DNA of 64,000 bases, taken from the NCBI GenBank assembly GCA_036785375.1, contig JAWMAR010001141.1:248001-312000 (forward strand), in the 5' to 3' direction. The translations under genes and the position numbers were made by a program. The DNA comes from Leucoraja ocellata. Its lineage: Eukaryota. Below the pieces are notes generated by a model that had not been told where the DNA came from, ran no database searches, and worked only from the letters and a program-made list of their open reading frames with translations. Shown here piece after piece: positions 1 to 13,000 of the stretch (positions are counted from its first letter, which is position 1; each line of letters opens with the position of its first letter).

Positions 1-1287
1 TCCATATTCCCTATTTATAGAGGCCAATTAACCTACAAATCTGTGCGTCTTTGGGATGTGGGAGGAAACCAGAGGACTGGTAAAAAAACCCATGCGGTCA
101 CAGGGAGAAGGTACTAATTCCATATAGACAGACCCCTTAGTCAGGATCGAACCCAGATCTCTGATACTGTAAGGCACCGCTGTGCCACTGTCCCAGTCAC
201 TTGTAATTGTCTCTGTTTTTCATTCACAGTTGCTTTGTGCTGTCAGATACATTGGCGGCCATGATTTATGTGTGGCACAGTGATGGAGACAGGAGGAGAT
301 TGGAAGACCACACTCTAATATTGAGACAAAAGAGATTGCAGATGCTGGAATCTGGAACAACAAACAGCACACTGGAAGGACTCAGTGGGTCATGGAGGTT
401 TGAAGGCAAAAAAGTGTAAGTTGTTCTTTCAGATCGAGACCCTGCATCAGGACTGAGAAGGGACAGAGATGTTTGGCAACATATAGATGTACTAATGGGT
501 GGGAGGGTTGGGGCTGGTTGAGGAAGATGGAACTGGATGAAGAGGATATGTTTGATAGAGAATACACAAGCAGAACATGAGATGTTGATTGATAGTTCAA
601 AACTCAATGGTATAAACATTACATTTTCCAATTTTGGGTAATTCACACCCTCTGGTGTTTTCCTCCCACACAAGCCCACCTGCCGATCCTGATTCAACCT
701 TTCCTGCCTCCCTTGCTCAGTCCCGACACAGGTTCCTCTTCACGTACACAGATGCTGGCTGACCCTCTGAGTTCCTCTTTCTTGATCCACGCCCCAATAT
801 TGTTCAGTTATCTTTACATCTGCAAGCATTTAACTATCTCCACTGCAGAAATGGTACACAAGACCCAGTTACATTCTGATCACCAAAATGAATATCAAAA
901 TAAAACTACGGAGGTTAACAAAATCTAACACGAAAACAAAAAAATAATCAGGTGGTCAGGGCGCATCTGTGGGGAGAGATAGAGTTAGGTTTTAGGTCGA
1001 AGGATCTCTGATCTGAAAGGGTAACTCTTTTTCTCGGCACACCTGCTAAGTATTTCCAGCATATGTAAAGGAAGGAACTGCAGATGCTGGTTTACACCGA
1101 AGATAGACACAAAATGCTGGAGTAACTCAGAGGGACAGGCAGCATCTCTGGATAGAAGGTATGGGTGACATTTCGGGTCAAGACTTTTCTTCAGGCTGTC
1201 CCGCTGAGTTACTCCAGCACGTTGTGACTATCTCATACTTCCCGTAGAGTCTGGTCACATGACCGTCCAAATCAAGCTGTTACTTAC

Positions 1288-1324
1288 CGGGCAGGGAATA
1301 CATGAGTAGCATTGGAATCCACAT
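1288..1324 (-). CDS. Leader exon (MWIPMLLMYSLP) of a third inhibitory-receptor copy continuing left of the window
   Basis: ATG + hydrophobic 12 codons + G|gtaagt; paralogous to 30723-30759 and 60700-60736. Confidence 0.8.
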
Positions 1325-1359
1325 AGTTTTATCCAAGGAGACCATGTTAGCACTGACCT

Positions 1360-1463
1360 GCTGCTCAGTTCTTAGTCCTCAGACTGAACGGTCTGACAAA
1401 TATGGCATGTATTAAGAATGAGGAAGAAGGAAACAGGAAACCTGATTGTGAAACCAGAATGAG
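1360..1463 (-). promoter_or_regulatory. Candidate proximal promoter of the inhibitory gene (GGAA/GAAA-rich block); also ~30795-30898 and ~60772-60875
   Basis: Aligns with the upstream block of the activating gene (15796-15903); ETS-like GGAA cores; no TATA box seen. Confidence 0.5.
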
Positions 1464-1516
1464 ACTGGTGATAAAATCTGAAACTTTAGAATTTGAAGTT
1501 GTCTCAGTTAAATTTA

Positions 1517-1910
1517 AGGTACACAAAAATGGTGGAGAAACTCAGCGGCTCCAGCAGCATCTATGGAGCGAAGGAAATAGGCAACGTTTCGGGCCGAAAC
1601 CCTTCTTCAGACTGATAGGGGGTGGCGGGGAGAAGGAAGGAAAAAGGAGGAGGAGGAGCCCGAGGGCTGGGGGATGGGAGGAGACAGCAAGGGCTGACAA
1701 AATTGGGAGAATTCGATGTTCATGCCCGCAGGATGCAGACTCCCCAGGCGGAATATGAGGTGCTGTTCCCCCAATTTCCGGTGTTGCTCACTCTGGCAAT
1801 GGAGGAGACCCAGGACAGAGAGGTCGGAATGGGAATGGGAGGGAGAGTTGAAGTGCTGAGCCACGGGAGGTCAGGTAGGTTCTTGCGGACTGAGCGGAGG
1901 TGTTCGGAGG
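1517..1910 (-). mobile_element. Penelope-like 3' fragment upstream of the inhibitory gene leader (also ~60928-61322; absent in unit B)
   Basis: VAQHFNSPSHSHSDLSVLGLLHCQSEQHRKL..HLIFRLGSLHPAGMNIEF. Confidence 0.88.
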
Positions 1911-2162
1911 TGTTTAATCAAAGTTAGATTTGGTTCTGTTTAGTCAGTTAAATTTAGTTCTGATTAGTTTAGTAAACAAGTCCATGCCGATCAGCAATCC
2001 TTGCACATTAACACTATCCTACACACACTAGGGACAGTTTTTTTTACTTTTACCAAGCCAATTTACCTACATACCTGTACGTCTTTGGAGTGTAAAATAA
2101 AAGTAATCCAATTTTCATTGACTGATGAAAGTAGTCCAGCCTTTTATTTTTTTATTTTTTAC

Positions 2163-2463
2163 TTTTGGAGATACTTGTGGAAACAGGCCCTTTGGCCCAC
2201 TGAGTCCGCACCGACCAGCGATCACCCCGTACACTAGCACCATTCTACACTCTAGAAACAGTTTACAATTTTTCTTACCAAAGGTAATCAACCTACAAAC
2301 CTGTACGTCTTTGGGATGTGGGAGGAAACCGGAGCACCGGGAGGAAACCCATGCAGTCGCAGGGAGAATGTACAAACTCTACACAGACAGCACCATAGTC
2401 GGGATTGAATCTAGATCTCTGGCGCTGTGAGGCAGCAGCTCTACCGCTGCTCCACTGTCCCAC
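2163..2463 (-). mobile_element. tRNA-derived V-SINE; further copies at ~1-195, 4100-4360, 5500-5740, 16340-16632, 18910-19190, 23328-23561 and their unit B/C paralogs
   Basis: Reverse complement of the same SINE family. Confidence 0.8.
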
Positions 2464-2684
2464 CCCTAACAGCCAAGTCAAGCCAAATGTATTGTGATGT
2501 GCACAAGAACAGCGAAGCACCGGGACAATGAAAATCTTACTTACAGCAGCATCACAGGCACATGTCAAAATAAAAGCTAAATTCAAAATATATTCACTCT
2601 TGGTGTTGTTAATGTCGCAGCAATTAATTGCATGATTACTGCAGGTACAGCTGTATGGAATGCCAGTAAACCAGACTACATATA

Positions 2685-2868
2685 CCTTTGTGCCTTCCCC
2701 CACAGTGGGAACCACTGTGGGGGGATGTTTTTGTGTTTTGGTGTTGAATTTCTTCTTGAATGCTATGTTGTATTTTTATTAGTGTGCTGCAAGGACATCT
2801 GCATTTCCCCTGAATAAAGGGATTTATAAAGTCTAGTCTAATCTAATCTAATCTAATCTAATCTAATA
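2685..2868 (+). mobile_element. Unit-A-specific short retroposon 3' end with stem-loop, AATAAA and (CTAAT)n tail
   Basis: Absent at ~31650; 12-bp perfect hairpin at 2697-2723; possible ATATA TSD. Confidence 0.65.
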
Positions 2869-3594
2869 TAGTTTGGATAGGCACAAAATGCTGGAGTAAC
2901 TCAGCAGGGCAGGCAGCTACTCTGCAGTGAAGGAATCTCCAGAGATGTTGCCTGTCCTGCTTCGTTACTCCAGCATTTTGTGTCTATCTTTGATTAAAAC
3001 CAGCGTCTGCAGTTCCTTCTTATACATAAAGCTTGGATTATATTTATCTCTGGGCTGAAGGCCTGCGCTAACGATCCTTCTCATATTCAACACACTCCCA
3101 TGCATTAGCCTTTCATCACACTGTCTTAGTTGCGAGTTGACACAGGAGATACCCTGAGTGAAAGACTCGTGGTTGTGTACGAGATGGCAAGTGTATGATC
3201 AAGTGTTTTACTGAGTTCCAACGGGTATGACAAGTTTGCCGTGTACTTGTCATTTCTGCGATGTTGATCCCGATTGAAGGTTTGTTTTAATAAGCAACAG
3301 TGTTATGTTTTAATAAGCAACAATGTTAAAGAAGACATCTCCAACCTGTGGCTTTGATTTAAAGATAGAATTCAGTGCGGCCGCATCTATTGATGTGACC
3401 TACAAAGGGAAAATGCGCACCATCCAGTGCCAGAGCGGTTATAAACAGCTCAGCAAAGTATATTACAGTGATGATCTCATGAGAAAAAGTACTTCCAGAA
3501 CATTTGATCTGATGGGATGTCATAGCTTATAGTTTCCCTCTTCTAAATATTCTTCACAGTTAAAACCATGAGGCATTTCCAGGATTGAATACAA

Positions 3595-3600
3595 TTTATT
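3595..3600 (-). terminator. Candidate polyadenylation signal, activating gene A (copy B: 34547-34552)
   Basis: AATAAA on minus strand ~370 nt after the stop, conserved in both copies. Confidence 0.45.
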
Positions 3601-3970
3601 CCACATAACTGCAATGTCATGCTACACAACACAAAATAATAAGTCATTGTTATAAAGGCTAGCAACATTGTTTAAATGGCACCTTTACTGAGTGAATATT
3701 GTGTAAACTAAGTTAATAATTTTAGCAGAAGAAGCATTAATTCTGTGCAGTCTATTATGAAAGCAAAATGAAAAACACTTTGTCAATGCCCTTTATGGGC
3801 GACTATTTGCATACCTTGGGTTAGCAAGCAAAGAATTTCACTGTGACTTGTCACACGTGACAATAAAGTATTAATTAATTAATTATTTCATTCAAAATAA
3901 TAATGATCATTTGGTCTTGTTGGAGAGTTGTTCCTCAGTCACTATCACCAGTGGATCTTCATTCTGCCTT

Positions 3971-4006
3971 CTACGGCAAGCTGTGAGGTTTTGGTTCAAT
4001 GGGTCC
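3971..4006 (-). CDS. Activating receptor A terminal exon (GPIEPKPHSLP*)
   Basis: Poly-T acceptor ttttttttgcag; phase 0 after AAG|gtatgt. Confidence 0.6.
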   Translation of the reverse strand, partial: GPIEPKPHSLP

Positions 4007-7000
4007 CTGCAAAAAAAAACTTAGAAGTCATCAGATTAATTGACTCCGGGAATTGTGCTGTATTTCACAAGGCCACTAACAACAGAATTCTGCTTCCAAT
4101 TGGCACAGTGATGCAGCTGATAGAGCTGCTGCCTCACAGCGTCCAAGAATTTGCTTGGATTTTGACTTTGATGCTATCTGTGTGGAGTTTACATGTTCTC
4201 GCTGTGGCCATGTGGGTTTCCTCCGCGAGCTCCGGTTTCCTCCCACCTCCCAAAGACTTGTGGGTTTACAGGTTAATTGGCCAATGTGAATTTCCCCTAG
4301 TGTGTTGGGAGTTGGGATGAGAGAATGGGATAACATCGAACTAATGCGTACGGGTGATCAATGGCCTGATCGGCACAAAGTGCTGGAGTAACCCAGCGAG
4401 TCTGGCACGATCTCTGGAGAAAAAGGATGGGTGACATTTCAGGTCGGGACCCTTCTTCAAACTGAAAGTAGAGGAGAGGGAACTGGGTTCAGATAAGATG
4501 GTCTGCGTTTGTTACAGTGGGTCAAAGGGCCTGTTTCCATACTGTATTTCTCTGATTCAATGACACTACAACATCTACGTCAAACACTTCAGTTCATTCT
4601 GCACACAAACATCTTGTCAAGACCAATTGATATCATCTTCGTAGAGCATTGGTTTGGCCTATATTTGTGAAGTATTTTATCTAAACGCTTTTCGTTTGTT
4701 TTATTTTATCAGCATGTTTGAAGGTATTAATGGACAGCATTTGGAAGCATTCAGCGATTCTGATGATCTCCGCAAAACATACCTTCCTTATACTTGTGAA
4801 CAATGAGACTGAGATGCTGCAGATCCCAAGCAGAGCGAAGTACAGCCAGCGTCCCACATTCCATATCGTGTAACTGAGCAAAGGGGGAAAGATACAGAAT
4901 CATTGGGAGGAAACAGACTTGTTCGTGTTGGAAACATTCATAGCCTGATTGCTGTGAAATCTCTGCATGGAGCAGGGTACAGCAACAGAGCCCAGGTAGT
5001 TCACCTGGGAAATTCCACCGTCCAGGATCTCGACCCGAAACTTCACCTATCCATGTTCTTCAGAGATGCTGCCTGACTCGCTGAGTTACTCCAGCATTTT
5101 GTGTCTAGCGTTGATAAAGTTAGATAAAAAAAGATGGGAGAAGTGACGAGTGGTATGTAAACACCAGCATGGGATCAGTTCAGTTGATCTTTTCTGTGCC
5201 TTAAATCCTATGTGATCAGATGTCATTCTGCGTAACCCTGGAACCTCATCACAATGAGGGTATTGTGTGCATTTCTGGTCGCCATGTTACAGGAAAGATT
5301 TTGTCAAGCTGGAAAGGGTGCAGAGAAGATTAACGAGGATGTTGCCGGGACTCGAGGGACTATTGTATAGGGAAAGGTTGAGCAAGCTAGGTGATTATTT
5401 CTTGGAGAGCAGGAGGACGAGGGGTGATCTTATGGAGGTGTATCATCAAGAGATGAATCAAAAATTACTCTCTCATCTTTTTTTTGTTACATTGACACAT
5501 TTGATAGAGCTGCTCTCTTAAGGCGCTAGACACCTGGGTTCGATCCTGAACTCAGGATGTTATCTGCGTGGATTTCTACATTCTCCCTATGACCGCGTGG
5601 TTCTCCTGCAGGTGCTCTGGTTTGCTCCCACATCCTAAAGGCATGCGGGTTTGGAGGTTAATTGGCATCTGTAAAATCGCCCTTAATGTGTAGGAAGTGA
5701 ACAATAAGGTGGTACAACACAGAACTAATGTTAACGGGGGGATGGAAGATCGACACAAAAAGCTGGAGTAACTCAGCGGGTCAGACAGCACCTCTGGAGA
5801 GAAGGAATAGATGATGTTTTTCATGTTGAGTCACTTCTTCAGACTGATCTATGGATGTCATGGACTCATAGGGTGGAAGGGCCTGTTTCCGTGCTGTTTC
5901 TTTAAAACTAAAAACCAAAAAAAAAGCTAGAGTCCATTTGGCCCATTGAGTGTATGCTGGATCTTAGATCATTCTCGTACTCCGATCTCAACATTTGAAT
6001 CGATTGAAGTCAATACTCTGATGCACATAACTAGCAAATGAAAGAGGAAATTCTCTTCCAATTAAATATCATAAGGAAGCAGAGCCAATCACAACAGCAG
6101 TAATAACATAATTGTACCATTCAGTGCAGGTGGATCGGGTGGAGTCATTTTGACTCTCATTGGATCTTTTTACTGTACTTGCAAAAGGTGTAGTCATCAT
6201 TCGTTCAGTCACTTTATGTTCTGTTGGGTCAAGGAAATACAATTCAGCATCACCTGCTTTTCACTTGCAATCTTAAGTTCATAGGGATAGGAGCAGAATT
6301 AGGTCATTCNNNNNNNNNNNNNNNNNNNNNNNNNNNNNNNNNNNNNNNNNNNNNNNNNNNNNNNNNNNNNNNNNNNNNNNNNNNNNNNNNNNNNNNNNNN
6401 NNNNNNNNNNNNNNNNNNNNNNNNNNNNNNNNNNNNNNNNNNNNNNNNNNNNNNNNNNNNNNNNNNNNNNNNNNNNNNNNNNNNNNNNNNNNNNNNNNNN
6501 NNNNNNNNNGTTTCCCTTTGGTATACCGCCCCGTTCCCCTCCACGCGGTCAATTCCATCCCTCCATCCCTCCCTCAATCCTGCTTCACATTTCACTGTTC
6601 CTCCTCTCCTTATCTGGTCTCCTCCTCACTTATATCACTCCACCCGTCTGTNNNNNNNNNNNNNNNNNNNNNNNNNNNNNNNNNNNNNNNNNNNNNNNNN
6701 NNNNNNNNNNNNNNNNNNNNNNNNNNNNNNNNNNNNNNNNNNNNNNNNNNNNNNNNNNNNNNNNNNNNNNNNNNNNNNNNNNNNNNNNNNNNNNNNNNNN
6801 NNNNNNNNNNNNNNNNNNNNNNNNNNNNNNNNNNNNNNGCCGTTCCCATCTCTCAATTCCAGTTTTCTCCTCCCTCATTCCGTCTGTCTGAAGGAGGGTC
6901 ACGACTCGAGTGTTCAAGAAGGAACTGCAGATGCTGGAAGATCGAAGGTACACAAAAAATGCTGGAGAAACTCAGCGGGTGCAGCAGCATCTATGGAGCG

Positions 7001-10000
7001 AAGGAAATAGGCGACATTTCGGGCCGAAACCCTTCTTCAGACTCGAGTTGGTTTTGTCCATTGCCTCCACAGATGCTACCTGACCCGCTAAGTTCTTCCA
7101 GCACTTATGGTTTTGTTCACGTGTCGTACACCTGTCCAATGTTCGGTGGCTATAGAGAGAGGCTATAGTTGTGCTTGGATTAAGTGACCTGCAACAGGAA
7201 GGGAACCCACTGATGCTGATATCGGGGTGGAGACAGCGAGAGATATTGTCAGTCTGAGAATCGCAGAAACTCGGGGAAGCTGGAGGTCGCCGGGAGTTTC
7301 CTGAAAGGTCTGATTAGGATTGCTTTACTCAAATTTCCACCGAGATTGGGCCGGGTGGAGAGGCTGGCTGGCTGCCGGGCGGTGGGTGGTCAGTGGTGAG
7401 TGGCTGCTGGGGGTGGGGGCGCATTGACGGGACAGAGAGGGAGAGAGACCGCTGGGTGGGGAGAGGGTGTATGCTCCCTGAGGTGGGGGGCGGGGTGCGG
7501 GCTGGCCTGCCCCGGGAGTATTGAATGCAGTCTGTTGAACTCACGGGACTGATTCCCTGTTTATGATTCTCCAGGTATTCAGACCAGACCACTTGTTTCT
7601 ACCTGATCTGTCGGATTATTAGTTTTAGTGGGAATGCAAACCTCTGACAGGGTGACATTTCATACAGTTCAGAGGCAGCGAAATGTGCTGAGCGGGACAG
7701 AGCCGGCACTGGGTAAGAGCAACATGAGTGGGGTTTCCCGACCCCCGCCCGCTCCCCGCAGGTCTCTGCACTGCTGCGGAGCCTCGGGATATCGGTGCTG
7801 CCCTGACCCTTCCCGGAGAAACATGGATCAGCATTTCAGTGGAGACGTCAACTCAATCGCTACGAAACGTACCGTCAGATACTTGGAGATAAATGTTAAA
7901 CAATGGATCGTAGCCAGATGTAGTAATTCCACAGTTGTACCATCCAGTATCTCCAGAGCGAAGATCCTCCACAGTCACAGTAAATATTCCTCGTGCCGGG
8001 TTATCGGTGATTGACGCTCTTCCATTCCGTCCGTGTTGCCCATTTGTTTCCAATAAAACTATACAATGGCGGGTCCACCCTTGACACCAGTATTTTGTGT
8101 GTGAGAGGTACTCTGCTTCATAGTGACAATCGATTGTGATCGCTCTTCCCACAACTCCTCTTACATGTTCCTTCCCCCACACCGCACCTGAAACTGAGAG
8201 GACAAATCTTCTGAAAATGAACAGGAAAAATCAGCTGAATATTCGGAATGATGAGGGGTGTGTTGGACAACATTCACCCCGCACCAACACTGGACCAGAT
8301 CATCCATCACTGAATGGACTTAGAAACATAGAAACATAGAAATTAGGTGCAGGAGTAGGCCATTCGGCCCTTCGAGCCTGCACCGCCATTCAATATGATC
8401 ATGGCTGATCATCCAACTCAGTATCCCGTACCTGCCTTCTCTCCATACCCCCTGATCCCCTTAGCCACAAGGGCCACATCTAACTCCCTCTTAAATATAG
8501 CCAATGAACTGGCCTCAACTACCCTCTGTGGCAGAGAGTTCCAGAGATTCACCACTCTCTGCGTGAAAAACGTTCTTCTCATCTCGGTTTTAAAGGATTT
8601 CCCCTTTATCCTTAAGCTGTGACCCCTTGTCCTGGACTTCCCTAACATCGGGAACAATCTTCCTGCATCTAGCCTGTCCAACCCCTTAAGAATTTTGTAA
8701 GTTTCTATAAGATCCCCTCTCAATCTTCTAAATTCTAGAGAGTATAAACCAAGTCTATCCAGTCTTTATTCATAAGACAGTCCTGACATCCCAGGAATCA
8801 GCCTGGTGAACCGTCTCTGCACTCTCTCTATGGCAATAATGTCCTTCCTCAGATTTGGAGACCAAAACTGTACGCAATACTCCAGGTGTGGTCTCACCAA
8901 GACCCTGTACAACTGCAGTAGAACCTCTCTGCTCCTATACGCAAATCCTTTTGCAATGAAAGCTAACATACCATTCGCTTTCTTTACTGCCTGCTGCACC
9001 TGCATGCCTACCTTCAATGACTGGTGTACCATGACACCCAGGTCTCGCTGCATCTCCCCCTTTCCCAATCGGCCACCATTTAGATAATAGTCTGCTTTCC
9101 TGTTTTTGCCACCAAAATGGATAACCTCACATTTATCCACATTATACTGCATCTGCCAAACATTTGCCCACTCACCCAGCCTATCCAAGTCACCCTGCAG
9201 TCTCCTAGCATCTTCCTCACAGCTAACACTGCCCCCCAGCTTAGTGTCATCCGCAAACTTGGAGATATTGCCTTCAATTCCCTCATCCAGATCATTAATA
9301 TATATTGTAAATAGCTGGGGTCCCAGTACTGAGCCTTGGGGTACCCCACTAGTCACTGCCTGCCATTGTGAAAAGGACCCGTTTACTCCTACTCTTTGCT
9401 TCCTGTTTGCCAGCCAGTTCTCTATCCACATCAATACTGAAACCCCAATGCCTTGTGCTTTAAGTTTGTATACTAATTTCTTATGTGGGACCTTGTCGAA
9501 AGCCTTCTGGAAGTCCAGATACACCACATCCACTGGTTCTCCCCTATCCACGCTACTAGTTACATCCTCGAAAAATTCTATAAGATTCGTCAGACATGAT
9601 TTACCTTTCGTAAATCCATGCTGACTTTGTCCAATGATTTCACCACTTTCCAAATGTGCTGCTATCCCATCTTTAATAACTGACTCTAGCAGTTTCCCCA
9701 CTACCGATGTTAGACTAACTGGTCTGTAATTCCCCATTTTCTCTCTCCCTCCCTTCTTAAAAAGTGGGGTTACGTTTGCTACCCGCCAATCTTCAGGAAC
9801 TACTCCAGAATCTAAAGAGTTTTGAAAGATTATTACTAATGCATCCACTATTTCTGGAGCTACTTCCTTAAGTACTCTGGGATGCAGCCTATCTGGCCCT
9901 GGGGATTTATCGGCCTTTAATCCATTCAATTTACCCAACACCACTTCCCGGCTAACCTGGATATCACTCAATTCCTCCAACTCCTTTGACCCGCGGTCCC

Positions 10001-13000
10001 CTGCTATTTCCGGCAAATTATTTATGTCTTCCTTAGTGAAGACGGAACCAAAGTAGTTATTCAATTGGTCCGCCATATCCTTGTTCCCCATGATCAACTC
10101 CCCTGTTTCTGACTGCAAGGGACCTACATTTGTTTTAACTAATCTCTTTCTTTTCACATATCTATAAAAACTTTTGCAGTCAGTTTTTATGTTCCCTGCC
10201 AGTTTTCTTTCATAATCTATTTTTCCTTTCCTAATTAAGCCCTTTGTCCTCCTCTGCTGGTCTTTGAATTTCTCCCAGTCCTCCGGTATGCTGCTTTTTC
10301 TGGCTAATTTGTACGCATCATCCTTCGCTTTGATACTATCCCTGATTTCCCTTGTTATCCATGGATGTACTACCTTCCCTGATTTATTCTTTTGCCAAAC
10401 TGGGATGAACAATTTTTTAGTTCATCCATGCAGTCTTTAAATGTCTTCCATTGCATATCCACCGTCAACCCTTTTAGAATTAATTGCCAGTCAATCTTGG
10501 CCAATTCACGTCTCATACCCTCAAAGTTACCTTTCTTTAAGTTCAGAACCATTGTTTCTGAATTAACAATGCCACTCTCCATCCTAATGAAGAACTCAAC
10601 CATATTATGGTCAGTCTTGCCCAAGGGGGAACGACTTGCCCTCGTTTCAATTGGAAACGTCTCTGCCATCTCCAACCTAGTGGTAGGGAAACAACATCTC
10701 ATATTTCCCGTCGGCAAATTACACCTCAATGGTATGAATGTTGATATCAAGGAAACCGTACATCCCCCCCCCCCTCTGTCCATCCCTCCCCCACTCAAGT
10801 TGCACCAGCTTCTTGTTGAGTCTCATTGTCTGTAACTAGTTCTCACTTACCGCACAGCAATGGCCTGTTTCCTTTACCATTGTTACTTGTTTACATATCT
10901 TTCATTCATTTGTTCTATATCTCTCTACACAACCGTCTATACCTCTTCCATTTCCCCTACTCTGTAGAAGAGTCTAGATCTCGAAACAGCACCTATTCCT
11001 TAGTTCCATAGATGCTGTCTGACCAGCTGAGTTACTCCAGTATATTGTGTCTATCTTCCAAACCAACATTGTCTCTGCCCCCTCAGCATTGCCGGCGTTT
11101 CTATCGCTCGTCACGCTGCTGGGAGCGGCATCTCCCGGCCTTAGTGTCGGCTGGTGACTTCCCAGAAGATCCAGCAGTTGTGAATGGAAGGAGACCACAG
11201 AGTACAATATTCGGCAAATTACCTCACTATAGCTACCAACTAAATGGCTCGCTTTAATGACCGAGTGAGAAAATACGTCCAGGAAAATATATGGGATTCT
11301 GGATAGTGATCCCCTCTCACTCACAATCAGTTTCACAACAGCATCAGGGTTAAGGCTGGGCCTTGCTGAATTAGACAAAAGCACAACAGAGGCAAAACAA
11401 AATGAGAAGTAAATGATTACTCATTGCGGGAGCGCTGTTGACCAACACTCTACCCACGAGGATTAGTGAACTAACAAAATAAACATCTAAATTTTAAACA
11501 TAACGGACCTCTTGTCAATTTGAGAATTTGAAGCGTAACTAGACCAAGTGGAGACCCGTTGTGTCTGTACCCCCAGCGTGCGGTTGCGAGGGGGGGGGGG
11601 GGGGGGAGGGGGGGGGGGAGTGGCATGCGGCGTCACACACATTAACCACCCCACACACACACTAACTACCCCCTCGCACACACGCTAACTAACCCCCCCT
11701 TGTCAATATATTAATATTATTCATTTGCTCCTTTTACCCCACAACCGCCCTATCTACTGACGCATAGCCCCCAACTCGCAGGCGCGTCTAGAGAGGGGGG
11801 GGGGGGGGGGGGTTAGAGAGTGAGGGCAGAGAGAGAAGGGGGAAGAGGGAGGGAGGGGGAGAGGCAGGGGGAGAGTCAGGGAAGGAGGGGGGTACAAGGA
11901 AGGGGGAAGGGAGAGAAGAGGGGGGGGGGAGGACGGGGTGAGGGGTGGAGATGTGGGAAGAGAGAGAGAGGTGGGGGAGAGAAGGAGAGAGAGATGGGGA
12001 AGAGAGAGAGAGAGAGAGGTGGGAGAGGGGTGGGGAGAGAGATTTATTCAAAATATGGGGAACCAAGGAATGGATTTCTGAACTCCTAAGATAAATCGCT
12101 ACGGAAATTGTAAAAATCTCCGCTTTTTGTGTCAGGTTTTTGAGGAGATACGTTNNNNNNNNNNNNNNNNNNNNNNNNNNNNNNNNNNNNNNNNNNNNNN
12201 NNNNNNNNNNNNNNNNNNNNNNNNNNNNNNNNNNNNNNNNNNNNNNNNNNNNNNNNNNNNNNNNNNNNNNNNNNNNNNNNNNNNNNNNNNNNNNNNNNNN
12301 NNNNNNNNNNNNNNNNNNNNNNNNNNNNNNNNNNNNNNNNNNNNNNNNNNNNNNNNNNNNNNNNNNNNNNNNNNNNNNNNNNNNNTACACCGTTCTGTTT
12401 TCTCGTTTATAACATTGTTTACAGAGTACTATGTTTACAAATTCTGTTGTGCTGCTGCTAGTAAGGATTTCATTGTTCTAACTGGGACGTGAGTGAACAA
12501 AACACTCTTGACTCTTGACTTACTCCGCTAATGTGTGGGATAGAACTAGTGTACAGGTGATCGGTGGTCGGCGTGGACTCGGTGGGCCGAAGGGCCTGTT
12601 TCCACGCTGTATCTTTAAATTAAACTAGAAACACTAAAACCAGAGGGAGGGTAAAGAAGGGTCTCTACCCGAAACGTCACCCAATTTCTTCTATCCAGAG
12701 TTGCTGGCTGCTCCATGGAGTAACCCCGCACAATTAAAGCATGGAATAGTCTTCACCCTACCATAGTTACCCAAACAGACGCAACTAAATTTAAGGTACC
12801 TCTTTTTTCCCCAAAAACCCTTTTATACTTACGTCCAAGTCAAGAGTCAAGAGATGCTTAAGAAGGAACTGCAGATGCTGGAAAATCCCAGGTACACAAA
12901 AATGCTGGAGAAACTCAGCGGGTGCAGCAGCATCTATGGAGCGAAGGAAATAGGCAATGTTTCGGACCAAAACCCTTCTTCAGACTGATGGGGGGTGGGG

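Noticed and set aside
3283-3323. 17-bp direct repeat (also a small duplication near 63405-63460)
   Set aside because: Simple local slippage duplication
3906-4005. Longer alternative frame in the activating terminal exon (DPLNQNLTACRRRQ..KTK*)
   Set aside because: Needs a phase-2 entry but the TM donor is phase 0 and no bridging exon was found; it has no Tyr motif, so the activating call would not change
6224-7168. Long ORFs spanning N runs
   Set aside because: Artefacts of translating gaps
7873-8193. Rearranging antigen-receptor V segment
   Set aside because: The exon encodes the whole domain including the G strand and ends in a splice donor; no RSS seen adjacent
8766-10412. 548-aa RT ORF as a host gene or novel RT system
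   Set aside because: Ordinary 5'-truncated CR1 ORF2 with frameshift, premature stop, tail and TSD
10974-11384. ORF containing VSERGSLS, resembling the C2 motif SERGSLP
   Set aside because: No Cys/Trp framework or splice sites; not preserved in copy B; likely chance
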